This document shows positions 30,890-44,338 of a stretch of 64,000 nt of DNA, in pieces. The notes below the pieces were generated by a model. That model was not told the origin of the DNA. It did no database searches and was given only the letters and a program-made list of their open reading frames with translations. This DNA is from Antedon mediterranea (taxonomy: Eukaryota; Animalia; Echinodermata). The number at the start of each line of letters is the position of its first letter. Within the stretch, counting starts at the first letter, position 1. The translations under genes and the position numbers were made by a program. The stretch spans positions 19,885,432 through 19,949,431 of the forward strand of contig NC_092679.1 of the NCBI RefSeq assembly GCF_964355755.1. Reading direction: 5' to 3'.

Positions 30890-33800
30890 CTATGAAGACA
30901 TCATGCATTGTTTCGTGTATTCCCAGACGGCGAGGGCGCCACTGACGTGAACGTTGAGTGAACGCAGCACACCAAGCTGTGGAATTTCAACACATACATC
31001 TAGTATGTTGATAAGTTCAACAGGTATTCCACTTCTCTCATTTCTACAACAAGAAAGGAGGAATAAGTATAAATTTTGGCAACTTAAGGGGTCCTTTTGC
31101 AGATGTGCCAATGAAATAAAACTGAAGAATTTACATTGTAAGATTAGTGATTTGTTTAATTCTTCGCTACAATATTTTAAAAATAATTTTACTAAAAATG
31201 TCAAAAAGAAGGAGAGGGAGGCTACTATTTTATTTTATTTTTATTTTATTTTATATTTATGTTTCTAGTTGAGAAACAGCAAGTTGTGTTCTAATTATTT
31301 CATAATTTCTACTAAAAAACATACCCCAATAAAATCAGTGTTTCTGGCGGGAATTTGCAATCAGTCAGGCTTTGACTGTTAGCAGTCTGCTCCAAACCAA
31401 CAAGTAAATACCCATCATGCCTCTTCCTCATCAAATATTCGTTCAAATGATACGGCCGAACCTGAAAAATAGAGTTATTGGTTATAAGATTGAATAAAAA
31501 CACTAACCAATGGCAAGATACTTTAGGATATTTTATTTATAAAGTAGTTTAATAAGCCTTTTACATGCAAAATGTAGAATGAAGAATAAGCCCACCCTTT
31601 CTAATTGTGCATGTGGGCTTATACCAGAGACCATTCTATAAAGTGGCAAGATACTTTAGTATTAATAATAATGTAATAAGCCTTTTTTATGCAAATTTAA
31701 TCTATGCAGGCATACATCCTTAATATTGTTTCACCTTCAGGAATAATCCCACCTTTCAATTTGTGTGTGTGGGCTTATACCAGAGTCAGTGCAGCAGCCA
31801 CCATTTTACTTACTTCTTCTATATTTAGCCACTTCTGAGCTGTGACACTAAGATTCTGAAATTCCTTTGTCTCAGTTAATTGAAGATTGGGTAAGACGAC
31901 TGTGCCTACGGCAAATATCTCACTTGTACGACAAAGACCTAAGATAAAAGAATATAAATCACGTATTGAAATGTTTTATCAAAATGTTTTAATAGGAACA
32001 AGCTTTAACACTAAATACATTTAATAAATAATCAAAAACATGGGTTTCTGGCAAAAAGTCTTGGTACTCAATCACTATGCTGCGGACTATGAAGAATTTC
32101 TTTTAATTTTAAATATGGTAATGTTATTTGTAATAAGAAATTTATTCATTCATTTATTGAAAATTGGTGAAACAAAGTTCATTACCTCCTAAATTTGGTA
32201 CTTTATTCACAAGTGATGTCACAAGAATTAATTTGCTTCTGTTGAGATTCATTCGTTGAAAGGCATCTACGTCTAGCCCTGGTATTGACTCTCCCGCTGG
32301 TACAATCTTCTTTTGGACATCATTGACGCTGTCAAAAGCACTATCAGCATCAGATTTTTGGCTGGCTAGAAAGGTTAAAAAATGTTTTATCCAAAGAGCT
32401 TCTATGAATTTCTAGAGATCGAACTCCACTGTAATCACAGCTCAAAAAAATTGATTATGGACACACACACTTGGCTGTCGCTTAGTTCGCTCTCTAGTGA
32501 GTTGTATAAGCTCTTTGAGTTTAGCATAGTAAACCCCTTGGTTGGTAAGTCAGTCTACATCATAGATCTAATGATGAATAAACCATGCACTTACTATTTT
32601 TCATTTTGCTAGCTTTCCATGCCCCAGGGACCAGCTCTTGTAGGCCTTGTCTGTCAGCGGATGGCTTCAGTTTATAGGGCAAGTTAGGCCTAGCCCACAA
32701 AGTTGCATTTGCTTCAATGAACAAATCTGCTGGAATTAACTGTTCAGGCATCATCAATGCTAGGTATGGAATTGTGTAGAATATAGTCTGAAAGTCAAAG
32801 GTCAAAACATTTTGGCAAGTCTACAGATCTGTCAATAACTGGACAACTTAATAAACATATTTGTTATTTATATTATGGTTTATTACGTCATAAAAGTAAT
32901 GCGCGATTTGCACACAACAAAAAGTTATTGGTTGCTGCAGCAACAGTAGTTTAATAATTGTAGGCTAACCTCAAAATTGCAATCATGTTGAGGATCAAAC
33001 TTCAAAAGGAAGAAGTTTGCTTGTAGTCGGTTGAGGATACTGAAATGTGCACTGTAAAAAAGTAAAGTATAAGCTTTGAAATACATTACATTCATAAATT
33101 TTCAATTGCGCTACAACCTCTCATTTGGAACACCCCTATTAAGGGGACGCTTTCCCATGAAATGAACAAAGGTAAAAACACTACAGCCAACCCCTTTTCA
33201 GGAGACACTTTGACCAGAATGTGTCCCCTTAATAGTGATTTGTCTGTAGCTAACTTTAGGATCATTTTACTCTAATTGGCACTTGCCTACTATTGTTCTG
33301 AAACTTCACGCAGGCAGCTACACCAGGGTACAAGGCCTGTACCTCCTCTAGGCCTGATCTTTCACACTCTGTCCACAACTTGGAGAGTGAAGCCTGAGCA
33401 TACAGCTGGATGGAGAAGTTTTTGGACAGACAAAATGGCAGGACTATGGGGAGAGCTTTTTTGAGAAATGCAGCCTGAAAAAAATCATTATAAAAAGAAC
33501 ATTTGCATTGTTGATTAATAGTGAGTTTAGTTGGATGAAAATGGAGAAATTATTGGACAGACAAAATGGCAGGACTACTTTGGTTTGAAGAAATTAATGT
33601 TCATCTTACCTTATGTTGTAGATCAGTGGTTATGGTGCCCAGGTGAGATAAGATGGTAAGCAATGAACACACTAGGTTTCTGTTCCAATCATCGGTAACT
33701 GTTGCCTGCAAGAAGGAAAAACAAAGATTACTTCAGTAACATTACAAAAGCTGTTATATCTCCACATATGGCAGTATTTGTCCAGTATCATAGTAACACA

Positions 33801-36800
33801 TGTATTTCACAAGCGATGCTATATCACAGAGCAAAATTAGTTACAGTACCAAGAATTGGCTATAACAAACATTTTATAAAATAATTTCCATGAAACAAAA
33901 TCTGTTTAAATACTGAATGTCTAATAATTCACTTTACAGGGTATATTGCTGTAATAATAATAATAATATAATATTCTTATGCTGGGTGACTATGCTATTA
34001 GTAATTACCTCTTGCAGTTGAGACCATAGTTGTTCTTGAAACTCTGGAAAACGGTCCATCAAGATAATATTTGCCCATTCCTGGAAGTACTTTACAGAGG
34101 GCTGGTTATCTACCTGCAAACAATCAATAATTGGCGGGAAAATCCCTTGAGCAGTTTGCAGGTGAACACATGGCAACAGCAACACAATTGTCTGCCAAAT
34201 CTTCTCTTTTAATCGATGCTTCTCTGAATTACACACGTATCGCTGATTTTTTCTGCTGGTGTCTTTCTTATTTTCCTCCTGAATTAAAACAAATGTGCCC
34301 AAATATGGTAGTGATATGACATCATCATGATCACATTTTGTTGTCACATAAAGTTTGATAGTGTAGATAGAGCTTAACAATCAAAAGGTCTCTCTACTTC
34401 TAGGCAGCCTGGCAGTCAAACATACCACTCAAACCCAGCCTATTATTTATGACAATTTTTTAAAAAGAATAATATTAAGCAAAACTTATTCAGATTGGAA
34501 AAGGTACTTACCTTTTTAAGAAGTAACTGTATCATATGAGGAGCCAACTGTGACAAAATATCAGAATGATAAACATGTAGCTTCACAATGAAGTTGATGG
34601 CAATCACTCTCACTAAGCGATGGTCTCTGTTGTAGCTGCAAGAATTGAAGAATAAAAAACAAAATCTAAAATATGCATAATGACCATGATAAAGCAGGAG
34701 GACCCTGGCCATTTTATGAACATTTTCATTTCAAACAAGACGTTTAGAGCAAATATTATTGCCTACCTTTTATAGACTTGGTTAACAGAACACTTTTCAC
34801 CCATCTCAATAATATCAGCAGATACATCTTGTAGTAACCTTAAAAAAGTATCAAAACAATCGGTAAATTCAAAGTATCACGTTCTAAACACTAAACACAC
34901 TCACGGTCGACACTATCAAAAAGTTTGATGTGCCCAAATATGGTAGTGATATGACATCATCATGTCCATATTTTTTTGTCACATAAAGTTTAATGAACGG
35001 ATTTTCTTAAACTTCAATAACCATGTTCTGTAAGTATATTTACAACGAAAAATTCAGAATGATAAAAAATTGTAGGCGCTATTGTGCTAACCAACAAACA
35101 CACAAAGCAAGTAGCAAGTAATGATTTCCTTTTCATTAGTGCAGACAAATCAACCAACATATCTTTATTCATACCTTTGATCTTTATTTAGAGGCGGACA
35201 AAACAAGTAAAAATTCATTAGTACATCCAAATATCTCAAAGTAGTAGAAAGGCACGCATGTGCATCGCTGGTTGCTAGGTACAGTAGTGAGTCACACATC
35301 TCATTGGTTAGGATGTTCACAAGACCTTGTTGATTCTCGCCAGTAACAAGGAAATCATTAGCAATCTGAAAAAAATAAAAACAAGTTTTGTTTTTTTATA
35401 GTTACGAAAATGTCCAAGGATAACCATAGGTGTATTCATTCACTGTCCCTCTTAAAGGTGGTAATCCTGTTCACAAGACAAACATATACACAAGATTCTC
35501 TACATAAACAAAGCCTTATTACAAGTCAACTATTGAGAAAATAGAATATATGACAATTAGCGGAAGCTTGGTGGTCTAGATGTATGAACCGAGGCTAGTG
35601 ATCTGGAAGTCGTGAGTTCAAGTCTCACTCGAGAATTACTTGTTCTCAATGTACTTAGTAAAAAGTACAAAATTAAGTCAGACTAATACAAACATTTGAA
35701 ACTGTATGCGACAAAAAAAATGTGACGTGCCTATATATGGACATGATGTCATATCACTACCATATTTATGCACATCACACTTTTTTTTGTTAGTGTAAAC
35801 AGAGTTTTACAAACCTTTTTCAGTTTACCAATCAAAAGGTCTGAATCAGATTTCAAGACATTAACTTGGAAGACTATCTGAATGAACGATTCCACACACG
35901 CCCAGTACACTTTCTGTTGGTTTCTGAGATCTCTCACAACATTCCAACAAACATCAAAGGCTTCAAGACAACATTCAGGATTGGCAGTAATCTAGAAGGA
36001 ACAGAATATTGACAGAGAAAGAGTGGTTACAAAGCTTTTTTAAAGGGAAGCTAGGTAATCATAGAGAAAACAAATTATATGTCAAAATGAGGAGTTGTTG
36101 CTGAAAATGTGCAATGTTGCATTAACAATATTGTTGAACACCTTCTATGTTTTGTTCCTCTTCATAGAATTTCAATGGCATCAGTGGCGCAACGTAGAGG
36201 CCAGATGTCCCTGGTTTAGGAAACCTAAGTGGCCCTCCAACTCTTAAGGCATTAGACGTTTTTAGCCTTCTTGACATATTTTAATGCCTGTTTTTTCCTC
36301 TGGGCACTGCTCAGGGGACCCCATAAACTCTAGGAAACAAAGCATTACCTGAGAAACGAGAAGCCGAACACAGTGCAACGCTGGTATGACTTCAACTCCT
36401 TGAATGATGGAGAGATCATTCAGACATGGCATCAGGATGTCTTTTGGATTCTTTGAAGAAAGAAAATCACCACTATGGCCTTGGAGAAGGTACAGAATGA
36501 TTCTCCATTTACTGCTGAGGAATGAATTGATCAATGAGCACTTGTCGGAGTGCTCCAGTTTGTCTCCTAAGCTACCAACTGTCAAGATATTTGTGACGAT
36601 TGAGTCGACAGATTGGAGACTCTCTAAAGGCATCGATGTACAAGACAGCCTCCATCCTAGAACTCTGGTGCTGGCTATGTAGCCAAGAATTTCTTTTTGT
36701 GATGTAATATTCTACAAAAAAAAGTAAACAAATTTATTTTACTTTAAAACATAACCAGGGTTTTGCTTTTCTATGGCTATTTTTTAGGGTCTAGGCGAAG

Positions 36801-39800
36801 GCTAGAGACTTTCCCCTATTTTCTACAGGTCTCTTCATCTAGATACTTTACATAAACAAATGATATAAATAAAGCATCTGACATAGTGGTACATTTTATG
36901 TAATTATTTATGTAATGCATTTTTAATATTAAAATTTTGTGAAAATTGATATTTTGGTATTGAGAAATTTTCATAGAGTCCATGGTTGAGGCGGAGTTGA
37001 TTTCTCAGTATTCTTTCATTGTTGAATTTCTCAAGTTTAATAATTTTTCTATGTATCTATTTGAATTTAAATATGTTGCTTTAAAAATTGTAATGTTCTT
37101 AATAATAATTCACAATAAAGTTATAAATATACCATAAATAAATAAACATTTCTAAATATATATGTACATCAACACACTTGTTTCTCCAACACTCACCAGT
37201 GAACTTGCTACCACGGCAGAACACTCATTCACAATTTTCATAAGACTTGTTGGCTGCAGAAGTTGATGTCGTAAGAGTTTGTCCAAGATGTTAATATACA
37301 GGTGCAAGCTACTCTCACATATACACTGAAAGAAAGTCCACAATACAAGCTAGAACAGCCTTACGCATTTGAGATCCCTGGTTCAAATTGGGAATTGGGA
37401 TCCTGGTCCGGATTTAGTGGAGTGGTCCTTGACCACATATCTATCTGTGGTTTCAATTTGGTAAAGATCTGACATAACCTGTTTGGCGGATGTAATGAGA
37501 TATATACTATGAACTAAAAAACAAACAGTAAACAATTAATCTAAAAAGCAGTATCATTTATGTATATAAAAAGATTGAAAATACCTCAGTTTCGTCAATC
37601 ACTATAAGTCTTCGTCTTAGGTAAAGAATAATTTCTTCCGCACATAAGAAAACAGACTTTTCAAGGCCTACTGTCCAATCTTCGAATAAAATTTATACTA
37701 AAAAATGGTATCCAGAAATATTGTGCACTATAGAATGGTATTCAGCAGAACCGCAAGAGGAGATGTCTTTGGGACCCAACAAAGTAAAGTACAAGGAATT
37801 GTGGTTGGATGTGTAGGTAGGTAGGTGTAGTTAAAATATACTGCCCCTTGTTTCATGGGAAAGTGTCAATTTAATAGGGGTGTCTAAAGAAGGGGCTCTA
37901 CATAAATTGTAGAGTGACACAAATACTATATGCTGGACTGATTTGAACAGATTTTAGTATAAAATGAAGACCTTACCATTTTCAATAGTCTTTCTTGGAT
38001 CAGCTTCATTCAGAATTGCCGATAGCAGATGCAAAGCATTGTCTGCTTGGGTCACAGGTAGATAAACATGGCTACCAACCTTGTGTAGCACTTTGGTCAA
38101 AGGTTGGATGAGGTCAGACATTGATTGACCTCTAAGCAACTGTTCCCTGGAAAATAAAAATTGGCATTTAGACATGCGACAATTCTCAGATTTTGCTACT
38201 ACCCATGGTATTCAATTAAGTTAAACCAAGTTCATGCATGGCTTTATGGAAAAGTAAAAGAATATGGGCACTGTACAACTTACTTGGTTTTGTAGTTGGC
38301 ATCAACAATAAGCACCAACAACCTGGCAACCCTTGTAGCTTCTTTAGCAGACGACGCAGTATCTGTATCACATGTCAAATACTCTGTGACTTCCAGTTGT
38401 AGAGCTTCAAATACATTCTGTACCTTGGAGTCTAATTTTAACTCAGATGCATGCTGCTGTAGCCAGTCCACAATCTTAAGAACAGAACGTTTACAAAATA
38501 TTAATTCATTTATTATTTTACAAATAAACAAATAGATTGGTAAATGTGATAGGAGAAAAATTAATAAAAGCAGTACAAGATATATATGTCCAAGTAGTCT
38601 CACTTGCGCACTGATGAAGGGCTAGTGTTGCCCGAAAGCTCTGCTAATTTTTCTGGCTGTTTTACTTTTTGATTTAGCTTTTTGCTTATTTGATTTCCAT
38701 TGAGATCCAGCCACTGATACCCACAGCATTGTCATTATTCAGTAATTTGCCTTTGGATTTAAATATATATATGTATAATCGTTTCAAATTAATTAATTAA
38801 ATTTCAGTATATCACCGGGCGGTTTAGAATTACTGTTCTTTGCCCGATTTGTTTATATATATATGTATCTCTTCGGAGATCCCGCCTCGTGAATAAAAAT
38901 ACTGAAAGATGAGAGCGTATCAATTTGATCTCTGTTGCGCTTGCGTACAACCGAGGACTAGTGCTGTTCCGCCGTACCACGCCGAGAATGTTAAAGAGTC
39001 GCTATCCAATCGAGTTCGAACAATACCATGAAAGCCCCAGTGGTCTAATGGTTAGGACATCTGCATATCAAGCAGGCGGTCCGAGTTCGAGTCTCGGTTG
39101 GGGCGACTTTTTCTCATTCTCACAGATTTCCTCATCTTTATCGTTTCAAATTAATTAATTAAATTTCAGTATATCACCGGGCGGTTTAGAATTACTGTTC
39201 TTTGCCTGATTTGTTTATATATATACGTATCTGATGGCAACTATGAAATTGAAAACGAGAACAATGTAAAATGTAATACTTTTAAATAAAAATAAAATAC
39301 TTTTTCCCAAATGGTAGTTTTTCTTTGCATACATTCCTCATAGTTGAGAGCAGAAAGCACATTGCTCAGCTGGCAGAGGCTAGCAGATGCTGGATCAATC
39401 AGGTTTAGAGCAGTGTGTATCAGATAGCACTGGATAGCACCACGGTGAAAAGGAAGAACAGTTGACAAGCCTATGCTTAGTAGCTCCCTAGAACAATGAA
39501 TGTATAACACAACATTTATTATTAGTTTATGAAATTAGAAGTGTGTTGCACATAATATAAAGCATTTATTACATACTTGTCACCAGTAGCCCTGTTGGCA
39601 ATGATATACTGGAAATGAATTGATACACAGGGCTTGATACACTTTCGACTACTATCATGTTATGATTAAAACCCTATTTATTGGATCTGCATGGTGGTAC
39701 GGTGGAACAGCACTAATTCTCAATTGCACGCGCATGCAACACGCCCAAAACGTCCTCATCTTGTAGTACATTAATTCACTAATTCATATATTCAATCATA

Positions 39801-42800
39801 TTTTCTACATTACCTAAGACACTGTAACGAAGTATCTCCCCAGGACTGGCTTGGCTGTATCCTGGCAAGGGACTGAGAGATGAATCCCAGTGGAACCGGT
39901 TTGGTCCGTAATTCTACAATTGCTGACAACAATTCCTGCAGAAAAACTGTGTGGTAAAAAGAATGAATTTATCAATTTTTCAGCACTTTAAGGTTGAATT
40001 TGTCAGTGGATGAATTGAGGCAACAGCTAGCTGTAGGAGATCTTGGGGATAGGAGATTTTACAGATGAAACGGAGCAGATTTATAGACATTTGAAGGGCA
40101 AGAAGTAGGCATTCTTTGTACTTGCCCTTGGCTTGATCAACAGGCAGGCTGGCCACACATTTCGGAAAGAATTCTAATATCCTGGTAGAAACTTCAGAAA
40201 ACCTCAACAAACTTTTCTCGCTGGTGTTGATATATAGCGTGTAATCAGTTAATACATTTAGCACTGGTCCAAGTACAAACTAAAAGAAACAAATAACAAA
40301 CCTATCAAACCTACAGTAGTAATATAGAACAATTATTAAGAGGACACCTTTGGGCCCCACAAAAGTGTCCCCCTAATGGGGGTTATCCTAAATACAGTAG
40401 GAGTTGGCTTTAGTGTTAAAACATATATTTCCACTTTTCATTGTACCTTAGGGGTGGCCTAAAAAGTATTTAACTACTACCTGCAAGCTCTCTAATTTTG
40501 AGAGGTGCACCAGAGGCTTAAAATTGTTTACCTTTGAGCCAACTTGAGTAAGAACAGGACACGCAACAAGGTCAAGGGTCATAACCTGCATCACACCCCA
40601 CCTGCTTACAGTTTTTGTTGCATGCTGGAAAAGTCGTTCAAAAATCACAACTAGCCAAGATGTGTGTAGTAATGGCCAACCTACAAGTCAATCACGTTCA
40701 GAATTAAATACATATAATAATATGTTTATTATTACAGATAATCCAGGATAACTTTTCTTATAAAACAATTTTCATTCTAGATCTATAAACTTTCATTCAT
40801 AAATTTATCAATTGAAGATGTACAGTAGAATAAAACAGACCGATGTTTTTATATCTTTTTTCCACTTGTAATCAAGTCAATTCATTAAACGCTCTGGCTA
40901 AAGATACGGTACCGTATCCTAACTTCCGTTTGCTAAAAGTACGGTAAAATTGAATTCCTATAAAACTCGTTCCTAAATATTAAAACTCGTCCTAAATATT
41001 AAAACTTGTCCTAAATATTAAAACTCTCAACTCTCTAAATAACCTTTCTTAAATAAAAAAAAAATCATCAAGCAGAAAACCGATCCCGCAACCCCTAGGC
41101 CATAGCATCATCACAAGCCCACCATGCCACACAGTTTGCTTGCAGAAAACAATTTCCATAACCTACTTCAATAAAATCTATGCTTACATAGTGCCTTCTA
41201 CAATTACCGTACCTTTAGTTTTCAGGAGTATGGATACGGTCCCGTATCTTAAGACATAACGTTCATTCAAATAAATTTATAAACAAACCTGTAATTGGTA
41301 AATAGGTGGCTTCAGTTAGCTTAGGAAGACGTGACAACACTGGCATAACTACATGAACCTAAAATAAAAACAATAAATTGGTTTATTTTAAATACTGAAT
41401 ATTCACGTTTTTAAAAAGAAAATGCAGATATTTTTAAAGAGAATTTTGTAAATATTCTGTTTAAAGATGGTTTAAAAAAGAATCATATTACAAAGCTTTC
41501 AAACAACTAGTTTAACACTTTGTGGGAATGCTGAGACATAATTGGGGTGTGCTTCATCAATTTTCTTTGGCAGATTCTAAGTCTATTCTAAGTCCACAAC
41601 ATAGGTCATAGGTCATCAGAAACCAAATACTCCTTAAGTTCTTGCTATTATTACCTGTGTTTCTTTCAGGGTCTCTAGAATCAAAATCATATCTGCCCAT
41701 AGCTTAGCGTGTTTATCTTCATTTTCACGATGCCAACAAAATAGAGGAACCTCTGTACAGTCCTTCACATCACCTCCAGGCACATCAAGACCTGCTGACA
41801 ACTCCACGACTTTCTTCAGCAAATACAACACTCTCTTTCTAGTCAACGAGTCGCCAGAAGTACAACCATGCTGGATTGCTTCCCAGAAAGACTTTTCTGA
41901 TAATATACTTGAAAGAATGTCTGGTTCCGTAATCAAGTCAGTATGTCGATGAAAATAATCAACGAAGGCGCATAGCACAATAAAAGAGTTACTGGAGTTT
42001 TTACCATTTGACAGCAGCATCTTCTGAATTCTTGTCCACATGGTTAATACTTTCTCATTGGGTGTTCTAACCATTTTAAGAATCTTTGGAATAAAAACAG
42101 TGGCAATCTGTCCACACACCCAATCTTCAGCATTTTCAATGACGTTAAGCAATTCAATGAAACATCTATCGAGCCAGTCTTTATCATAATCATGTGATAC
42201 ACAAGATGGTGTTTTCGCTAATACACATTCAGTATTTGACTTTGAGATACTTTCAAGAACAGTATTTAAAATTTCAAGTGTTGGATAAATAGGAATATTA
42301 TTATCGGATGAAGAAAAGGACATTGTATTTTCGTTTAATTTCTGTTCTTCTACGTACTCTTTTAGTGAGGCAATGCATGCGTCATAAATGATGGACCTTG
42401 ATTGTGGTTCACTGCACATGCTCAGACAAGTAAGGCAAAGTTCACAGGCAGCATGAAAAATGTCAAACTTTTTTGTACATGATCCAGATTTATCTGAAAC
42501 AACATTTTTTTCTAAAGCAGTCAATCTAAAAACTGGGTAACAAATTTCAGCAATTATCTTTTTTATTAATAATTGGAACTTGCCGTCAACTGATGCACCA
42601 TCCTTTTCAGTAATCATATTATTTTCTAGGCCTAAACTACCTAACCTTTGGCAACACACGTACCCTGGCGAAGAATTGCAGTTTGTCGGGTTCTCTCCTC
42701 CGACCACCAACGAATTCCCAAATCCAGGCCTAGCTAACACATCTTTGACTAGCGTGTTAAGAGCATTACAACATTCTAAAATACAAATCTGATCATCCTG

Positions 42801-42926
42801 GCTTGATGATATAACATTAATTGTGTAATCTACAAGTTTATTGACAAGATCTGCATTTTCAATATTAATATAATCAGTAAAAAACTTATACATTACAGAA
42901 GACATGTTGATTGAGTTGCACACCAT
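30890..42926 (-). CDS. TARBP1: TARBP1 / TRM3 tRNA Gm18 2'-O-methyltransferase (SPOUT), ~1633 aa, 24 exons
   Basis: Phase-consistent exons 41655-42926, 41289-41358, 40532-40680, 40126-40279, 39814-39946, 39301-39487, 38284-38474, 37977-38146, 37585-37679, 37197-37325, 36349-36711, 35815-35991, 35175-35365, 34767-34838, 34512-34635, 34009-34278, 33610-33705, 33287-33474, 32970-33051, 32595-32787, 32186-32365, 31814-31938, 31325-31461, 30890-31043. C-terminal SpoU motifs [67 protein letters not shown]. The start could alternatively be the second Met at 42906. Confidence 0.93.
38604..38647 (+). ncRNA. Minimal type I hammerhead ribozyme (Penelope-like element type)
   Basis: GCA-CTGATGA-A-GGGC(TAGTGTT)GCCC-GAA-AGCT-C-TGC: stem I GCA/TGC, intact core, stem II GGGC/GCCC, palindromic stem III AGCT, predicted cleavage after C38641. 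Confidence 0.7.
38778..39231 (+). mobile_element. 362-bp-period element (1.25 units) in (TA)n, containing a tRNA-like gene
   Basis: ~90-bp direct repeat ATCGTTTCAAATTAATTAATTAAATTTCAGTATATCACCGGGCGG..GTTTATATATAT at 38778 and 39140. Confidence 0.75.
39034..39105 (+). tRNA. tRNA-like gene, 72 nt, anticodon ATC (Asp/Glu-family body; probably repeat-borne)
   Basis: All four stems pair: GCCCCAG/TTGGGGC, GTCT/GGAC, TCTGC/GCAGG, CCGAG/CTCGG. TTCGAGT T loop, GG in D loop, G discriminator, TTTTT terminator at 39108-39112. Confidence 0.6.
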
Positions 42927-43489
42927 GTGCCGTCATGCAATCATTCATGCGTGACAGACGTACAGAAACTTTTATATGTATGACACGCTATTTGTGTCAA
43001 AATGTCTGCGGAGTGGTGTTATGACACCGTCTTTGGTCTGCTATTTCTGGTGAGCGAAGGTTCTACAGTATGTGATGTTAAGAGTAAAATACATAATCTC
43101 AACTCATGCTAGGCCTAGTAGTAGTTCATGTAGGCCGTGTCGTATCGCGTATACATATATCATATAAAAACTACCCGGGTAGTTTGAATATCGTATTAGC
43201 CATGATGTTAAAATAAATAGGCCTTACAATTGGCAGAAAAAGAACAATGAAACGATGCGGCTTTCTGAATGAAAGTTCAAATTAGTAGACGTACTACTTA
43301 ATTATGCCAGAAAGTTATGCTAATATTCTTTTCTATCAACAACACAATTTACGTAAAATTTTTCTTTGAGCACAGGCTTCATAATTAGCCTAATAACTAT
43401 AATCGTCGGAGCCTGCGCTACTTTTGTGATGTAACTGTTACGCGTATATTTGGTTCAACATATTCGTATTCGTATTCGTAGCTTAGACT

Positions 43490-44190
43490 CTAGCATGGAC
43501 ATAGCAATGAAATTGAGCGACGACACAAAAGCAATCAATTCCAATCTCTGTGATCTTTTTTCATCAGAGACAAGAGATTTATATGTCCCAGATTAGAGAT
43601 AATTCCAACCTCTCTCTGATTGTTTTTCATGACAAGAGAGGGATTTGTTGGAAACGAGTTTCTATAGCTTATGTCCTTTGCTTAGAGCTAGCATCCATGG
43701 ACATAGCAATGAAATTGAGTGACGACACAAAAGCAATCAATTCCAATCTCTGTGATCTTTTTTCATCAGAGACAAGAGATTTATATGTCCCAGATTAGAG
43801 ATAATTCCAACCTCTCTCTGATTGTTTTTCATGACAAGAGAGGGATTTGTTGGAAACGAGTTTCTATAGCTTATGTCCTTTGCTTAGAGCTAGCATCCAT
43901 GGACTTAACAATGACATTGAGCGACGACACAAAAACAATCAATTCCAACCTCTGATTGTTTTTCATCAGGGACAAGAGATTTATATGTCTCCTATCTTAG
44001 AGATAATTCCAACCTCTCTGATTGTTTTTCATGACAAGAGAGGGATTTGTTGTTAACGAGTTCCTATAGTCTTATTTCCTAGCTTAGCTAGGAGCATCCA
44101 TAGACTTAACAATGAAATTAATCGACGACACAAAAGCAATCAATTCCAATCTCTGATTGTTTTTCATCAGAGAGACAAGAAAGATTTCGT
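43490..44190. repeat. ~202-bp tandem repeat (~3.5 units) between TARBP1 and the GMF array
   Basis: CATGGAC/CATAGAC..AATGAAATTGAGCGACGACACAAAAGCAATCAATTCCAA near 43495, 43697, 43898 and 44099, with an internal sub-repeat. Confidence 0.9.
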
Positions 44191-44338
44191 TTGAGTCGCC
44201 GATGTTCTAGTAATTGTTATGCAAAAATCGTGCGACACGACACAATCTCTCTAAATTGTTGAATTGTCGAGGCTGCATCTGAGACGACAATATTTAAATT
44301 GTTTGTGTTTTAAAGCTTAGTCACGGGTTTGGGAGTAC

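Noticed and set aside
39034-39105. Functional link between the intronic tRNA-like gene and its host tRNA methyltransferase gene
   Set aside because: It is antisense and embedded in a repeat inserted in (TA)n, so the location is most simply coincidental.
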